Part shown: positions 36,582 to 45,872 of the stretch, one piece after another
How the letters are laid out: each line of letters opens with the position of its first letter
Numbering within the stretch: the stretch's first letter is position 1
DNA from: Deltaproteobacteria bacterium RBG_13_43_22
GTDB taxonomy: Bacteria > Desulfobacterota > RBG-13-43-22
Assembly (NCBI GenBank): GCA_001797675.1
Contig: MGQB01000018.1
Coordinates: forward strand, 30,495-94,494
Length of the DNA: 64,000 nucleotides
Direction of reading: 5' to 3'
Translations under genes and position numbers: made by a program
Notes under the pieces: model-generated
Seen by the model: the letters and a program-made list of their open reading frames with translations, nothing else
Databases searched by the model: none
What the model was told of the DNA's origin: nothing

Positions 36582-37364
36582 TCAAATCTTCCCCTCTATC
36601 ATTAGATCCTTCAACACTTGTCGAATATCCAAACCTTTTTCTTTGAGTCCTTGATGGCCGTAGTTCATATTGGCCTCCAGAACCATCCAGCCTTTTTCGG
36701 AAGTATGACATAAATCCAGTCCTACGTCATTAAAATTGCACCTCCGGGTGATCTGCCCGGCAAAAGCCAAGGCCTCATCCGGAATATCGCTGAACTCGAT
36801 GGAAGCACCCTGGGCCAGATTGTTCCGAAATTCGCCCTGGAGGGCAATCTTCCAATATGATAAAATAACCTGATGACTGATAAGGATCACCCGCAGATCT
36901 CGATCCAGGGGAAGGTATTCTTGAATATAAGCCACGGGGGATCGGTGCAGATAACGTCTCAACTCTTCATGGTTATGGATCAAAAAAACCCCCCGTCCCA
37001 TGGAAGACCCCCGAGGGATTTTGGCAATAAACGGAAATGGAAAATCTTTCTGAATCCTTTTTTTTTGTTGACCGAAATAGACCCGTGTCCGGGGATGAGG
37101 GATCTGTAATAATTGAAACAGCGTAGTCTGTTTGATCTTGTCGCCTGAATAAACATAGGTTTCCCGGCTGGGAAAAATTTTTTTGCCCATGGTCAAAAAC
37201 AGATCAACATAAAGCTGCGTTGGATAGTAGACCTTTTCGGCGGCCCTGATCCTCTGTTTCTCCTCTTGACTGTAATCGGAAAAGTTAGGCCGGGTCTGGA
37301 TGATCGTCACGTCCGGACACTCTTTAAACCGATGACTGAAAGTAATAGGGGATCCCTGGGTCAT
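36582..37364 (-). CDS. ATP-grasp (RimK-like) ligase family protein
   Basis: 260 aa with PFIAKIPRGSSMGRGVFL, YIQEYLP and EANMNYG elements of the ATP-grasp fold. Confidence 0.65.
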   Translation of the reverse strand: MTQGSPITFSHRFKECPDVTIIQTRPNFSDYSQEEKQRIRAAEKVYYPTQLYVDLFLTMGKKIFPSRETYVYSGDKIKQTTLFQLLQIPHPRTRVYFGQQKKRIQKDFPFPFIAKIPRGSSMGRGVFLIHNHEELRRYLHRSPVAYIQEYLPLDRDLRVILISHQVILSYWKIALQGEFRNNLAQGASIEFSDIPDEALAFAGQITRRCNFNDVGLDLCHTSEKGWMVLEANMNYGHQGLKEKGLDIRQVLKDLMIEGKI

Positions 37365-37495
37365 AATAAATCCGAAAAATTTAAGGAATAGGTCAGCCGT
37401 CTCGGCCGACCCTTTCCTATCGGCCTGTTGTCAGACAGGATGCCCGAGCTATTGATCTTTCTCTAAGGAGCTGTCAGTTATGTTCTGTTTTGAGC

Positions 37496-38320
37496 TTATC
37501 GAATAACCGATTTACGGGGATAATAACCGGTCTTAACAGTGGCATTGGGCCCAATGATGCATTTCGGTCCCAACAGCGTTCCGGGATTGGTAACGGAATT
37601 GCAGCCGGTCTCCGTTTGATCTCCCATAACTGCCCCCAGCTTTCTGAGGCCGGTGTCGTAGGTTGTGCCGCCGTCTTTGATTTTGATGGTATTTTTTACC
37701 ACTTTCAAGTTGGCCAGTTTGGTCCCGGCCCCCAGATTACAGTCTTTTCCTAAAATACTGTCTCCGATGTAAGCAAAATGACCGGCTTTAGCTCCGTCCA
37801 TCATAATGGAATTTTTCATTTCGGTTACATGACCTACCACACAACGATCTCCCACCAGGCAGCCGCCGCGCAGATAGGCCCCCTGCCGAACCTCGGTTTG
37901 CCGGCCGATATAGGCCGGACTCTGGATGAAGACCCCGGTTTCTATCACCGTTCCTGGTCCTATATAAATTTCCTTTCCTACCAGGGTAACCCCCCCATAC
38001 AGGACAATGGCATCTTTCACTTCCTGATTTTCATAAAAAATCCTGAATTGATCTTTGGTGGCATCTCCGGGAATAATCGATAACCCCTCTTCCAAAAGCC
38101 GTCCCTGGGTTATAACGACCATTCGGGATAAAAAAGGGCCTTTGGATAATAGGCCTTCCAGATTGGGGTGAACCCGGGATTGTAAATAAGGTTTTATCCT
38201 CGGCAAAACCTCCCAGATCTGCTCAACACCGGAGAAGAGATCTTGGTGTTCCCAATCCGAATACTCAAAAAAGTCTTTTGGGTTGAACATACAAATTTTC
38301 CTCAAAAAAGTCGAAAACAA
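37496..38320 (-). CDS. Left-handed beta-helix (hexapeptide-repeat) transferase-like protein
   Basis: The C-terminal two-thirds shows repeated [LIV]G-x4 hexapeptide periodicity. The start is uncertain (ATG at 38320 or 38290). Confidence 0.6.
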   Translation of the reverse strand: MFSTFLRKICMFNPKDFFEYSDWEHQDLFSGVEQIWEVLPRIKPYLQSRVHPNLEGLLSKGPFLSRMVVITQGRLLEEGLSIIPGDATKDQFRIFYENQEVKDAIVLYGGVTLVGKEIYIGPGTVIETGVFIQSPAYIGRQTEVRQGAYLRGGCLVGDRCVVGHVTEMKNSIMMDGAKAGHFAYIGDSILGKDCNLGAGTKLANLKVVKNTIKIKDGGTTYDTGLRKLGAVMGDQTETGCNSVTNPGTLLGPKCIIGPNATVKTGYYPRKSVIR

Positions 38321-38360
38321 ATAAGTGACGAAGTTAAAATAAAAATTTAATCCGTAATTG

Positions 38361-38431
38361 CTGACAGCTCAAAGCTGAAAGGAAAAACAATTTCTTTGGG
38401 CCTTGAGCTTTCTTCTTTGAGTTTTCAGCTA
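38361..38431. repeat. Heptamer-word hairpin repeat (gctcaaa/gctgaaa family)
   Basis: ctgacagctcaaagctgaaagg ... TTGGGCC TTGAGCT TTCTTCT TTGAGTT TTCAGCT. Confidence 0.6.
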
Positions 38432-39208
38432 CCAGATATACCGGACCGGTACTCCACGTTCTTTTAAATAATCCTTGATTTGACGGACGGTATAGGTTCC
38501 ATAGTGAGTCATAGAGGCGATCAGGGCTGCGTCGGCCTTTCCTTCGGTTAGAACCTGACCAAGATGTTCCGGAAGTCCGGCCCCGCCGGAGGCAATGACC
38601 GGTATGGAAACGGCCTCGGAAATCAATGGGGTCAAGTTCATTTCATAACCTTTTTGGGTTCCGTCGGCATCAATGGAATTCAAACAAATTTCACCGGCCC
38701 CCAGTCTTTCCGCCTCTCTGGCCCACCACAAGGCATCTATCCCGGTCAATATCCGGCCCCCGTGGATGACCATCTCATAGCCGGAAGGAACGGCTGCATG
38801 AGGGGGAACTTTTTTTACATCCATTCCCAACACAATACATTGCCCGCCAAAGGCTTGCGCCCCCTCTTGAATCAAAGCAGGGTTATTGATCGCCGCGGAA
38901 TTAATACTGACCTTTTCTGCGCCGGCTAAAAGGACCTGCCGCATATCTTCCAGACAGGCGATCCCCCCCCCTACGGAAAAAGGAATAAAAATTTCTTCAG
39001 CCACCCGCTGAACCACCTCGATCATGATCGCCCTTTTTTCCGCTGAGGCCGTGATATCGTAGAAGACCAGTTCATCCGCCCCTGCTTCATAATAAAAACG
39101 GGCCATTTCTACCGGATCCCCGATGTCTATATTATTTTTAAACCGGATTCCTTTGGTGGTTTTACCGTCCCGCACATCCAGACAGGGAATAATGCGTTTA
39201 GTCAGCAT
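38429..39208 (-). CDS. hisF: Imidazole glycerol phosphate synthase cyclase subunit
   Basis: 259 aa with [18 protein letters not shown] and SGGAG motifs. Confidence 0.9.
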   Translation of the reverse strand: MLTKRIIPCLDVRDGKTTKGIRFKNNIDIGDPVEMARFYYEAGADELVFYDITASAEKRAIMIEVVQRVAEEIFIPFSVGGGIACLEDMRQVLLAGAEKVSINSAAINNPALIQEGAQAFGGQCIVLGMDVKKVPPHAAVPSGYEMVIHGGRILTGIDALWWAREAERLGAGEICLNSIDADGTQKGYEMNLTPLISEAVSIPVIASGGAGLPEHLGQVLTEGKADAALIASMTHYGTYTVRQIKDYLKERGVPVRYIW

Positions 39209-39836
39209 CCTTTCCCTCCCATTCGGAAAAGGCCTTTAATAAGGCCAGCCCAGGAGGCCCGCTCTTTTCAGGATGGAATTGAAGGGCTACCAGATTCCTA
39301 AAGGCCACCGCGGAAGGAAAATAAAATCCATAGTGGGTCCGGCCTAAAATAAGATTCTCTTCCCGGGGAACCGGATAATAGGAATGGACAAAATAAAAAA
39401 CGCTCTCAGGCGGAATGGCTCGAACCAATGGGTGATCCCGAGTCCATTCCACCCGGTTCCAGCCCATGTGGGGGATTTTTAAATGTTTTCCCTCCTCGTC
39501 CCGGTGGGGATCGGGAAAACGAATCACTTCCCCCGGCAGGATTCCTAAACAGGAAGTTTGATTTTCCTGGCTGAATTCCAAAATGATTTGGGTACCGAGA
39601 CAAATCCCCAGCAGAGGACGTCCGGAAAAAAAATAAGTTTTGATGGCTTTATCCAACCCGGTAGTCTGAATAGCCTTCATAGCCTCGCCTGCGGCACCCA
39701 CCCCTGGAAAAATAACCCGGTCCGACTGCAAAACCAATTCGGGGTCGTTGGTAATCCGGCAGGGAATGGACAGGTTTTTCAAGGCCCGTTCCACACTGGT
39801 CAAATTACCCGCCTTATAGTCTATGATACTGATCAT
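39198..39836 (-). CDS. hisH: Imidazole glycerol phosphate synthase glutamine amidotransferase subunit
   Basis: 212 aa with catalytic LGICLG, HSY and QFHPEKS. Overlaps hisF. Confidence 0.9.
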   Translation of the reverse strand: MISIIDYKAGNLTSVERALKNLSIPCRITNDPELVLQSDRVIFPGVGAAGEAMKAIQTTGLDKAIKTYFFSGRPLLGICLGTQIILEFSQENQTSCLGILPGEVIRFPDPHRDEEGKHLKIPHMGWNRVEWTRDHPLVRAIPPESVFYFVHSYYPVPREENLILGRTHYGFYFPSAVAFRNLVALQFHPEKSGPPGLALLKAFSEWEGKDAD

Positions 39837-39937
39837 GGACTTTTTTTAACGCAAACACCCTTTCTTGTCAATGTCTTATCTTACCTTGCCCCCCTTCACT
39901 TTGCCATAACTATTTCAATTAACCCCACTTTCAAAAT

Positions 39938-40149
39938 CGGGAGTGAAGGAGCTTTGGGGGGGTTGCCAACCTAAACCCTGTAAACATCGTTCCCCGGCTG
40001 AATATTGAAACGTCTTTTGAAAGCAGGCCGAAAAAAAATCCAATAAAAGCAGGGGTGAGTAGCTTGTTTTATTGGAACGGAAGCATTAGGGTCGGAATGA
40101 TGCAGGAGTTCCCCTTTTGGACAACCCCCCAAAACCCCCCTCACTCCCG
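39938..40149. repeat. Roughly 190-210-nt conserved element, copy 1 (homologous to 57432-57625), flanked by 28-bp inverted repeats
   Basis: Shared blocks gaaagcaggccgaNaaaaaaatccaa and cattaggg..g.atgatgcaggag.tc.ccttttggacaacc. Flanking inverted repeat cgggagtgaaggagctttgggggggttg / caaccccccaaaacccccctcactcccg. Confidence 0.65.
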
Positions 40150-40207
40150 AGAAATCTGGTCTTTCAACTGGCCGGGTTGTCAAAAGAGAATGGGGGGCAA
40201 GCCTATC

Positions 40208-41914
40208 TTACCCTTCGGGAAATATAACAATAAATTCAGTCCCTTGCCCGGGAGAACTGTTCAGTCGAATCTTACCCCCGCGATCGGATATTATTTTTTG
40301 AACAATGCTCAATCCCAGTCCGGTTCCCCGATCTTTGGTGGTATAAAAAGGTTCGAATATTTTAGCTTGATCCATTGCCTGGATACCGGGACCATTGTCC
40401 CTAATTCTGATTTCGATACATGGCTCACCCATTTCGGTTTGATGATGGCGGGCTCCGATGAAAATCTCTCCGTTGGAAGGGACGGCCTGGAGGGCGTTAA
40501 TCAGGAAATTCCACAAAACCTGGGACAACTCTCCGGTTGATATTTTAAAGAAAAGATTGGGTTCGACATCCAGTTTCCAGGAAATGGTCTGGGGGGATTC
40601 TTTATTTTCTCTAATCAGGTCAATCGTTTCAAGAATGATATTTGAGATATCGAGCCGGGATTCGATCGTCTGGACCGATCTGGTAAAGGCCAAGAAATCG
40701 TTCATCAATAAATCCAATTTGGTTACTTCCCTGGAAATAATTTTCAGAAGACGTTCCCCTGTCCCTTTTTCTTTATATTCATCCCTCAAAACCTGAATCG
40801 ATCCGCTGATGGAAGCCAAGGGGTTTTTGACTTCGTGAGCAATCCCGGCAGCCATCTTCCCCATTAAGGCCAAACGATCCACCTGACGCAAGTGGTCCTC
40901 CATGGCCTTGATTTCAGAAATATCCTTAAAAGAAAAGATATTCCCTATTCCGTAGGACTGATCTTCTTTAACCCGGTTAAAGGAAAAACCCAACCTTGCG
41001 ACCGACCCATTCGGATCTTCGTAGGAGGTTTCCTGTCGGGTTACTTCGGCAAGCGCATTCGGACCTGGGCCAAGATCCAGATCAGGAAATACCGTCGTCA
41101 AGGGCTTATTTATTAACTCACCTGAATTTCGACCTAAAATTCTCTCCCCGGCCCGATTGATGCTTTGAATCTTATTTTCAAAATCTAAGGTGATCAATCC
41201 GATGTCCAGGTTTTCAATAATAATACGGTTCAATTCTTTTAATTGAACAATATTCTTCTTTTGAATTTCAATCTGGCTTCTTTGCACTCGGGATTGTTCG
41301 GAAAAAAAACTGCTTAAATAACCGGTAAAAAAGAATCCCATCCCATTCATAACGATTTGATAAATAAGATATCTCTGTGAATAGGATGGCGGTTGATCCG
41401 TCAGTCCATAATAAAAAGGGATTTTCCCCGTCCCTTGAAGCAAAAGGAGGAGGGCGTACAATACGCCCGCATAACTCGCCGCCAATATTCCGCCCAAACG
41501 AAAAAACAGGGTGCCGCTGGCTAAAATAACCAGAAAATAGAGGTACAGGAAAAAACTCTCAATGCCGCCGGTAACATAGACCACGGCCGTTACAAAAAGT
41601 CCATCAATGAACAACTGGAAAAGAGCGATCGGTTGGATAGCCGCTCTCTTTAAAAGGAAAAAGATATAGAGGATGGAAAAAAAATATTGCAGCGCAATTA
41701 GAAAATATAAAGGAGGAAAAGAAAAAGGAAATAGAAAAAGGTTCTCTTTTTCGTGAAGGAAAGCGGTCAGCAAAAGAAAGAGGGAAATGAAAACCAGTCG
41801 CCACAGAATAAGCCATCGGGTTTTTCTTGAGAAATCTTCTTCAATATAAAACCAGTTCCTTGAAGAAATTTCCTCCCCCGAGCTGAGAGGATTACTGGAA
41901 AAAGGGGGTTTCAT
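40208..41914 (-). CDS. PilS-like sensor histidine kinase
   Basis: Polytopic N-terminal membrane region, PAS-like segment, H-box AHEVKNPL and ATPase boxes DNGPGI, GTGLGLS. Directly downstream of pilC. Confidence 0.8.
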   Translation of the reverse strand: MKPPFSSNPLSSGEEISSRNWFYIEEDFSRKTRWLILWRLVFISLFLLLTAFLHEKENLFLFPFSFPPLYFLIALQYFFSILYIFFLLKRAAIQPIALFQLFIDGLFVTAVVYVTGGIESFFLYLYFLVILASGTLFFRLGGILAASYAGVLYALLLLLQGTGKIPFYYGLTDQPPSYSQRYLIYQIVMNGMGFFFTGYLSSFFSEQSRVQRSQIEIQKKNIVQLKELNRIIIENLDIGLITLDFENKIQSINRAGERILGRNSGELINKPLTTVFPDLDLGPGPNALAEVTRQETSYEDPNGSVARLGFSFNRVKEDQSYGIGNIFSFKDISEIKAMEDHLRQVDRLALMGKMAAGIAHEVKNPLASISGSIQVLRDEYKEKGTGERLLKIISREVTKLDLLMNDFLAFTRSVQTIESRLDISNIILETIDLIRENKESPQTISWKLDVEPNLFFKISTGELSQVLWNFLINALQAVPSNGEIFIGARHHQTEMGEPCIEIRIRDNGPGIQAMDQAKIFEPFYTTKDRGTGLGLSIVQKIISDRGGKIRLNSSPGQGTEFIVIFPEG

Positions 41915-41947
41915 AGACCGGATTTCTCAATGAATCAAGAAGAATTT

Positions 41948-43156
41948 TCACCCTGTAATGGCTTCTCCCATTTTAAAAATCGGGAGGTACATGGAAATGA
42001 CCAGCCCCCCGACAATCCCCCCTAAAACGACCATCATGATCGGCTCCATCATGGAAGTCAGGGTACTGACAGCGGCATCCACATCATCATCGTAAAAATC
42101 GGCAATTTTATTAAGCATGGTATCCAACTCCCCGGAAGCCTCCCCGACCCCGATCATCTGGGTTACCATAGGGGGAAAAACTTTGCTTTCCGCCAACGGT
42201 TCGGAAATCGTCCTTCCTTGAGCAATGCTTCCTCTGGCTTTATAAATAGCCTTTTCCACCACCTTATTCCCGGCGGATCTGGCCACAATGTCCATGGCTT
42301 CTAAAATGGGCACCCCGCTGCTGACCATGGTCCCAAAGGTCCTGGTAAACTTGGCCACAGCCACTTTTCTCAGTAACATGCCGAAAATCGGCAGTTTCAG
42401 GGAAAGATCGTCCATCAGGTATTTACCTTTTTCTGTCCGATAAAACTGGCGAAAAATAAAAATGAAGGCCCCGGCCCCAAGAAAAATAAAAATGATGTTG
42501 CCACTCACAAAACGGCTGAGAGCGATTACAATTTGGGTAGGAGCCGGCAGGGCTTGTCCCACTTCGGAAAACATCTTTTCGAAAATCGGGATGACAAAAA
42601 TCAAAATAACCGCCGTAACAATCACCGCTATTCCCGTAACAACCGCCGGGTAAACCATAGCCCCCTTGACTTTCTTTTTGAGTTTCTCGCTCTTTTCAAT
42701 GTAACTGGAGAGGCGGTTTAAAATCACATCCAGTATACCGCCGGTTTCCCCGGCTTCCACCAGATTAATGTAGAGTTGATCAAAGACCCGGGGGTATGCT
42801 TTTAATGCTTCAGCGAGAGATTGACCGCTTTCCACATTCCCCTTGACCTGATTAATGACATTGGAAAATGCAGCGTTTTCTTGTTGAGTGGCCAGAATAT
42901 TTAAGCATTGGACTAAAGGGAGGCCGGCGTTGATCATCGTGGCAAATTGCCGAGTGAAGATTACGATTAATTTTTTGGGAATTTTTTTCCGGAAAGTCAG
43001 TTTTTTAGCCGATTCTTCCCGTTTTTCCTGAATACGACCAGGGAGGATTCCCATTTTTCGAAGCTGCAAACGGGCAACGGCTGGATTATCGGCCACCAGT
43101 TCCCCTTTTTTCTTTTCCCCCTGTTTTGATTTTCCTTCCCAGTTATAGGTCGGCAT
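41948..43156 (-). CDS. pilC: Type IV pilus assembly platform protein (GspF family)
   Basis: 402 aa with a duplicated GspF domain and three TM segments. Confidence 0.9.
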   Translation of the reverse strand: MPTYNWEGKSKQGEKKKGELVADNPAVARLQLRKMGILPGRIQEKREESAKKLTFRKKIPKKLIVIFTRQFATMINAGLPLVQCLNILATQQENAAFSNVINQVKGNVESGQSLAEALKAYPRVFDQLYINLVEAGETGGILDVILNRLSSYIEKSEKLKKKVKGAMVYPAVVTGIAVIVTAVILIFVIPIFEKMFSEVGQALPAPTQIVIALSRFVSGNIIFIFLGAGAFIFIFRQFYRTEKGKYLMDDLSLKLPIFGMLLRKVAVAKFTRTFGTMVSSGVPILEAMDIVARSAGNKVVEKAIYKARGSIAQGRTISEPLAESKVFPPMVTQMIGVGEASGELDTMLNKIADFYDDDVDAAVSTLTSMMEPIMMVVLGGIVGGLVISMYLPIFKMGEAITG

Positions 43157-43429
43157 AATCGGTTCCTTTTAGCGGAGAAACTTATTAAGTCGCTCTGAAA
43201 AGTTAACTCCTAATGGATCAATCCTGACCGCTGCATAAAAAGTCCATCTGTGGTGTTGCACTGCCCCCTTCTTCATTGCGGGGTACTTCTATGAAACCCT
43301 CATTTCTTAGAATTTCTTCGCGTACACTGCAACCCTCAGTCCCACCCTTTCAGGATGGGGGCCGGTTTGCCCGCCTGGTCTCTGGAGTTTTTTACTGGTC
43401 CGCCCCTTTGATGACTTTTTACGAGTTTA

Positions 43430-45127
43430 TCAATCCTTATCCGTAACCCTGATGACTTCTTCCAGAGTGGTAACCCCTTCCAATACTTTAGTTAATCCGC
43501 TCTCCCGGAGTGTCTTCATTCCCTCCATACGAGCGACTTTTTTAATTTCGGCCGCAGAAGCCCTTTCAAAAATCAGTTCTTTAAGTTTTTCAAAAAAGGG
43601 CAATACTTCATAAATGGCGATCCGCCCTTTATACCCTGAAAAATTGCAGGACGGACATCCGACGGTTTCCGACAGGGTATGGACGGTTGGATCTAAATTA
43701 AATTCCTTCAAAAGATCCGTGGACGTTTCTACCTTTTTTTTGCAGTTGGGGCAAAGTTTTCGAACCAACCTTTGGGCCACTACCAAATTGACCGAAGAAG
43801 CGACCAGAAACGGTTCGACCCCCATATCCAACAATCGGGTAACGGTATTGGAGGCATCGTTGGTATGCAGGGTGCTCAGGACCAGATGCCCGGTTAAAGC
43901 CGCCTTGATGGAAATTTCCGCCGTGTCCTTATCCCGTATCTCACCCACCATGATAATATCGGGATCCTGGCGAAGAAAGGAGCGCAATACATTGGCAAAA
44001 GAAAGCCCGATTTCTTCGTGAACCTGAACCTGATTGATCCCAAAAATATTTAATTCAACCGGATCCTCGGCGGTGGAAATGTTTTGGGTGGTTTTGTTTA
44101 ATTCACCGAGGGTGGAATAAAGGGTCGTAGTCTTACCGCTTCCCGTAGGACCGGTCACCAGGATCATCCCATAAGGCTTATGGACCGCCTCATTAAATTT
44201 GGTCAGGGCCTCCGTTTCAAAACCGAGTCGTTCCAGATCCACTTGGAGGTTCGTTTTATCCAGAAGACGCAGGACGACTTTTTCTCCAAACAAGGTCGGC
44301 AATACCGAAACCCGAAAATCCATTTCACGGTTTTCTCCAAAGCGTAATTTCAACCGGCCGTCCTGGGGGAGCCTCCTTTCGGCAATGTTCAGGTTGGACA
44401 TTATTTTTAAACGAGAGATCATGGCATTTTTCAGCTTTACCGGGGGATTCATGATCTCATAGAGGACGCCGTCAATCCGATATCGAACCCGGAAAGCGCG
44501 GTCATAGGTTTCAAAATGGATGTCGCTGGCGCCCCTTTTGATGGCATCCACCAGCAGGAGATTGGCCAGTTTGACCACCGGGGCCTCTTTGGCGGCGATC
44601 TCTAAATTAACTTCATCGAGATCTTCTTCGGGATGAACAAAATCCACTTCCAACTCTTTAAGGTCTTCCAAAGCCTGAGTCAGGGTGGATGTCAGACTGT
44701 AGTGTTTGTCCAGGGCCTCCCTAAGATTTTTTTCCGTGGAAAGAAATAGTTGGATGTTGCTTCCCGTCAAAAATTTCAGATCATCCAGGGCAAAGATATT
44801 GGAAGGATCGGCAATAGCCATCTTCAGGGTGGCCCCTTCTTTGCCGATGGGCAGGATTTCATATTTTCGGGCGATATTATCCGGGATCAGGTCGGTCAAG
44901 GACGGGTCGAACTCAATCCGGGAAAGGTCGATGATCGGCAGTCCGAATTGCTTCGATAAAAAAAGCAAAAGGGTCTGCTCATCGATAAACCCTTTTTCAA
45001 TTAAAAGGGTGCTGATTTTAGGCTGCCCACCCCGGCGTTTTTGTTCTGCAAAGACCTCATCCAGTTGTTTGGCGGAAATCTTTTGTTCCCGGAGTAATAA
45101 TTCCCCAATGCGGTTGCTTTTTAACAT
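43430..45127 (-). CDS. pilB: Type IV pilus assembly ATPase (GspE family)
   Basis: 565 aa with N-terminal GspE-N domain, Walker A GPTGSGKTT and tetracysteine CPNC...CPSC. Confidence 0.9.
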   Translation of the reverse strand: MLKSNRIGELLLREQKISAKQLDEVFAEQKRRGGQPKISTLLIEKGFIDEQTLLLFLSKQFGLPIIDLSRIEFDPSLTDLIPDNIARKYEILPIGKEGATLKMAIADPSNIFALDDLKFLTGSNIQLFLSTEKNLREALDKHYSLTSTLTQALEDLKELEVDFVHPEEDLDEVNLEIAAKEAPVVKLANLLLVDAIKRGASDIHFETYDRAFRVRYRIDGVLYEIMNPPVKLKNAMISRLKIMSNLNIAERRLPQDGRLKLRFGENREMDFRVSVLPTLFGEKVVLRLLDKTNLQVDLERLGFETEALTKFNEAVHKPYGMILVTGPTGSGKTTTLYSTLGELNKTTQNISTAEDPVELNIFGINQVQVHEEIGLSFANVLRSFLRQDPDIIMVGEIRDKDTAEISIKAALTGHLVLSTLHTNDASNTVTRLLDMGVEPFLVASSVNLVVAQRLVRKLCPNCKKKVETSTDLLKEFNLDPTVHTLSETVGCPSCNFSGYKGRIAIYEVLPFFEKLKELIFERASAAEIKKVARMEGMKTLRESGLTKVLEGVTTLEEVIRVTDKD

Positions 45128-45360
45128 AAAAGTTTGGATTCTTCTTTAATCAAGATGGAAGCAATGCTCCAAGAGGTTGAAAGTTCTATGAAATTAATGG
45201 CTTCAGGAGTTCGGTAAACGGTTTTCCCTTGAGCCTTGGACCTGGTAGCGCCGCAACAATTTGATCTCTTGAGTCTTTTTTTGGTTGCCTGGCGCCCCTC
45301 GAAGGAGCCTGGTGGTTATTTACCAGCCCGATATTATTTTAACATTTTTCATAAAAATAA

Positions 45361-45389
45361 TTGACATTTTAAAAAAAATAATATAAACT
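45361..45389 (+). promoter_or_regulatory. Putative sigma-70 promoter of the PxxKW gene
   Basis: TTGACA-N17-TAAACT (alternative -10 TATAAA with a 15-nt spacer), about 30 nt upstream of the ATG. Confidence 0.4.
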
Positions 45390-45418
45390 GTTAAATTTAA
45401 GGAAAGGGGGTGATTATC

Positions 45419-45697
45419 ATGGTTTGTTCAACCTCAAAAAACGGAATTGCCTGCACCTTCATGAGCCCCAAGGGGTGTTCGTTTAATGGAGGATCTTGCC
45501 ATCCTATTATCGAACAATGTGAAGGCTGTGACCGGAGCAAAGGATTCGAAAGCGGAACCTATTGCCTTTCCTATCCCGATCCTTCCCAAAAATGGAAATT
45601 AGGAAACTGCAATTTAGCCACTCACATAAAAAAAACCCCGGTCCAAGCCGCCGCCAAGATGAATCCATTGAAGGCCTCCAAACGCAGCGCCCGATAG
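45419..45697 (+). CDS. PxxKW-family cysteine-rich small protein
   Basis: 92 aa from ATG 45419 (RBS AAGGAAAGGGGG), nine Cys including CxxC, and motif YPDPSQKWKLGNC. Confidence 0.55.
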   Translation: MVCSTSKNGIACTFMSPKGCSFNGGSCHPIIEQCEGCDRSKGFESGTYCLSYPDPSQKWKLGNCNLATHIKKTPVQAAAKMNPLKASKRSAR

Positions 45698-45820
45698 GTT
45701 TCCTTGTTGGAACCGAAAAAACCCCTGGTGCCATGAGCCTTCTTGCAAGCCCAAGAAGGCTCACACCGGCCGGGAACCCCCCGTATAATACATCCAAAAT
45801 CCATTATAGCTCAAGCCTGA

Positions 45821-45846
45821 AAGCTGAAAACAGCTTTTTTTATTTT
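45821..45846 (+). terminator. Rho-independent terminator
   Basis: aagctg-aaaa-cagctt followed by tttttttatttt. Confidence 0.5.
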
Positions 45847-45872
45847 AAACCTTGAACGTCAAACTTTTTTCT

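Noticed and set aside
39971-40540. ORFs 39971-40183 (-) and 40055-40540 (+)
   Set aside because: The first covers the two-copy non-coding element, and its peptide is not conserved with the ORF over copy 2. The second is antisense to the pilS-like kinase.
43157-43429. Possible small gene or ncRNA in the 273-bp pilC-pilB spacer
   Set aside because: There is no ORF with an RBS. The sequence ends in the recurrent tttttacgagtt.at.a word also seen at 52853-52870, so it looks like another repeat insertion. The evidence is insufficient to annotate an RNA.
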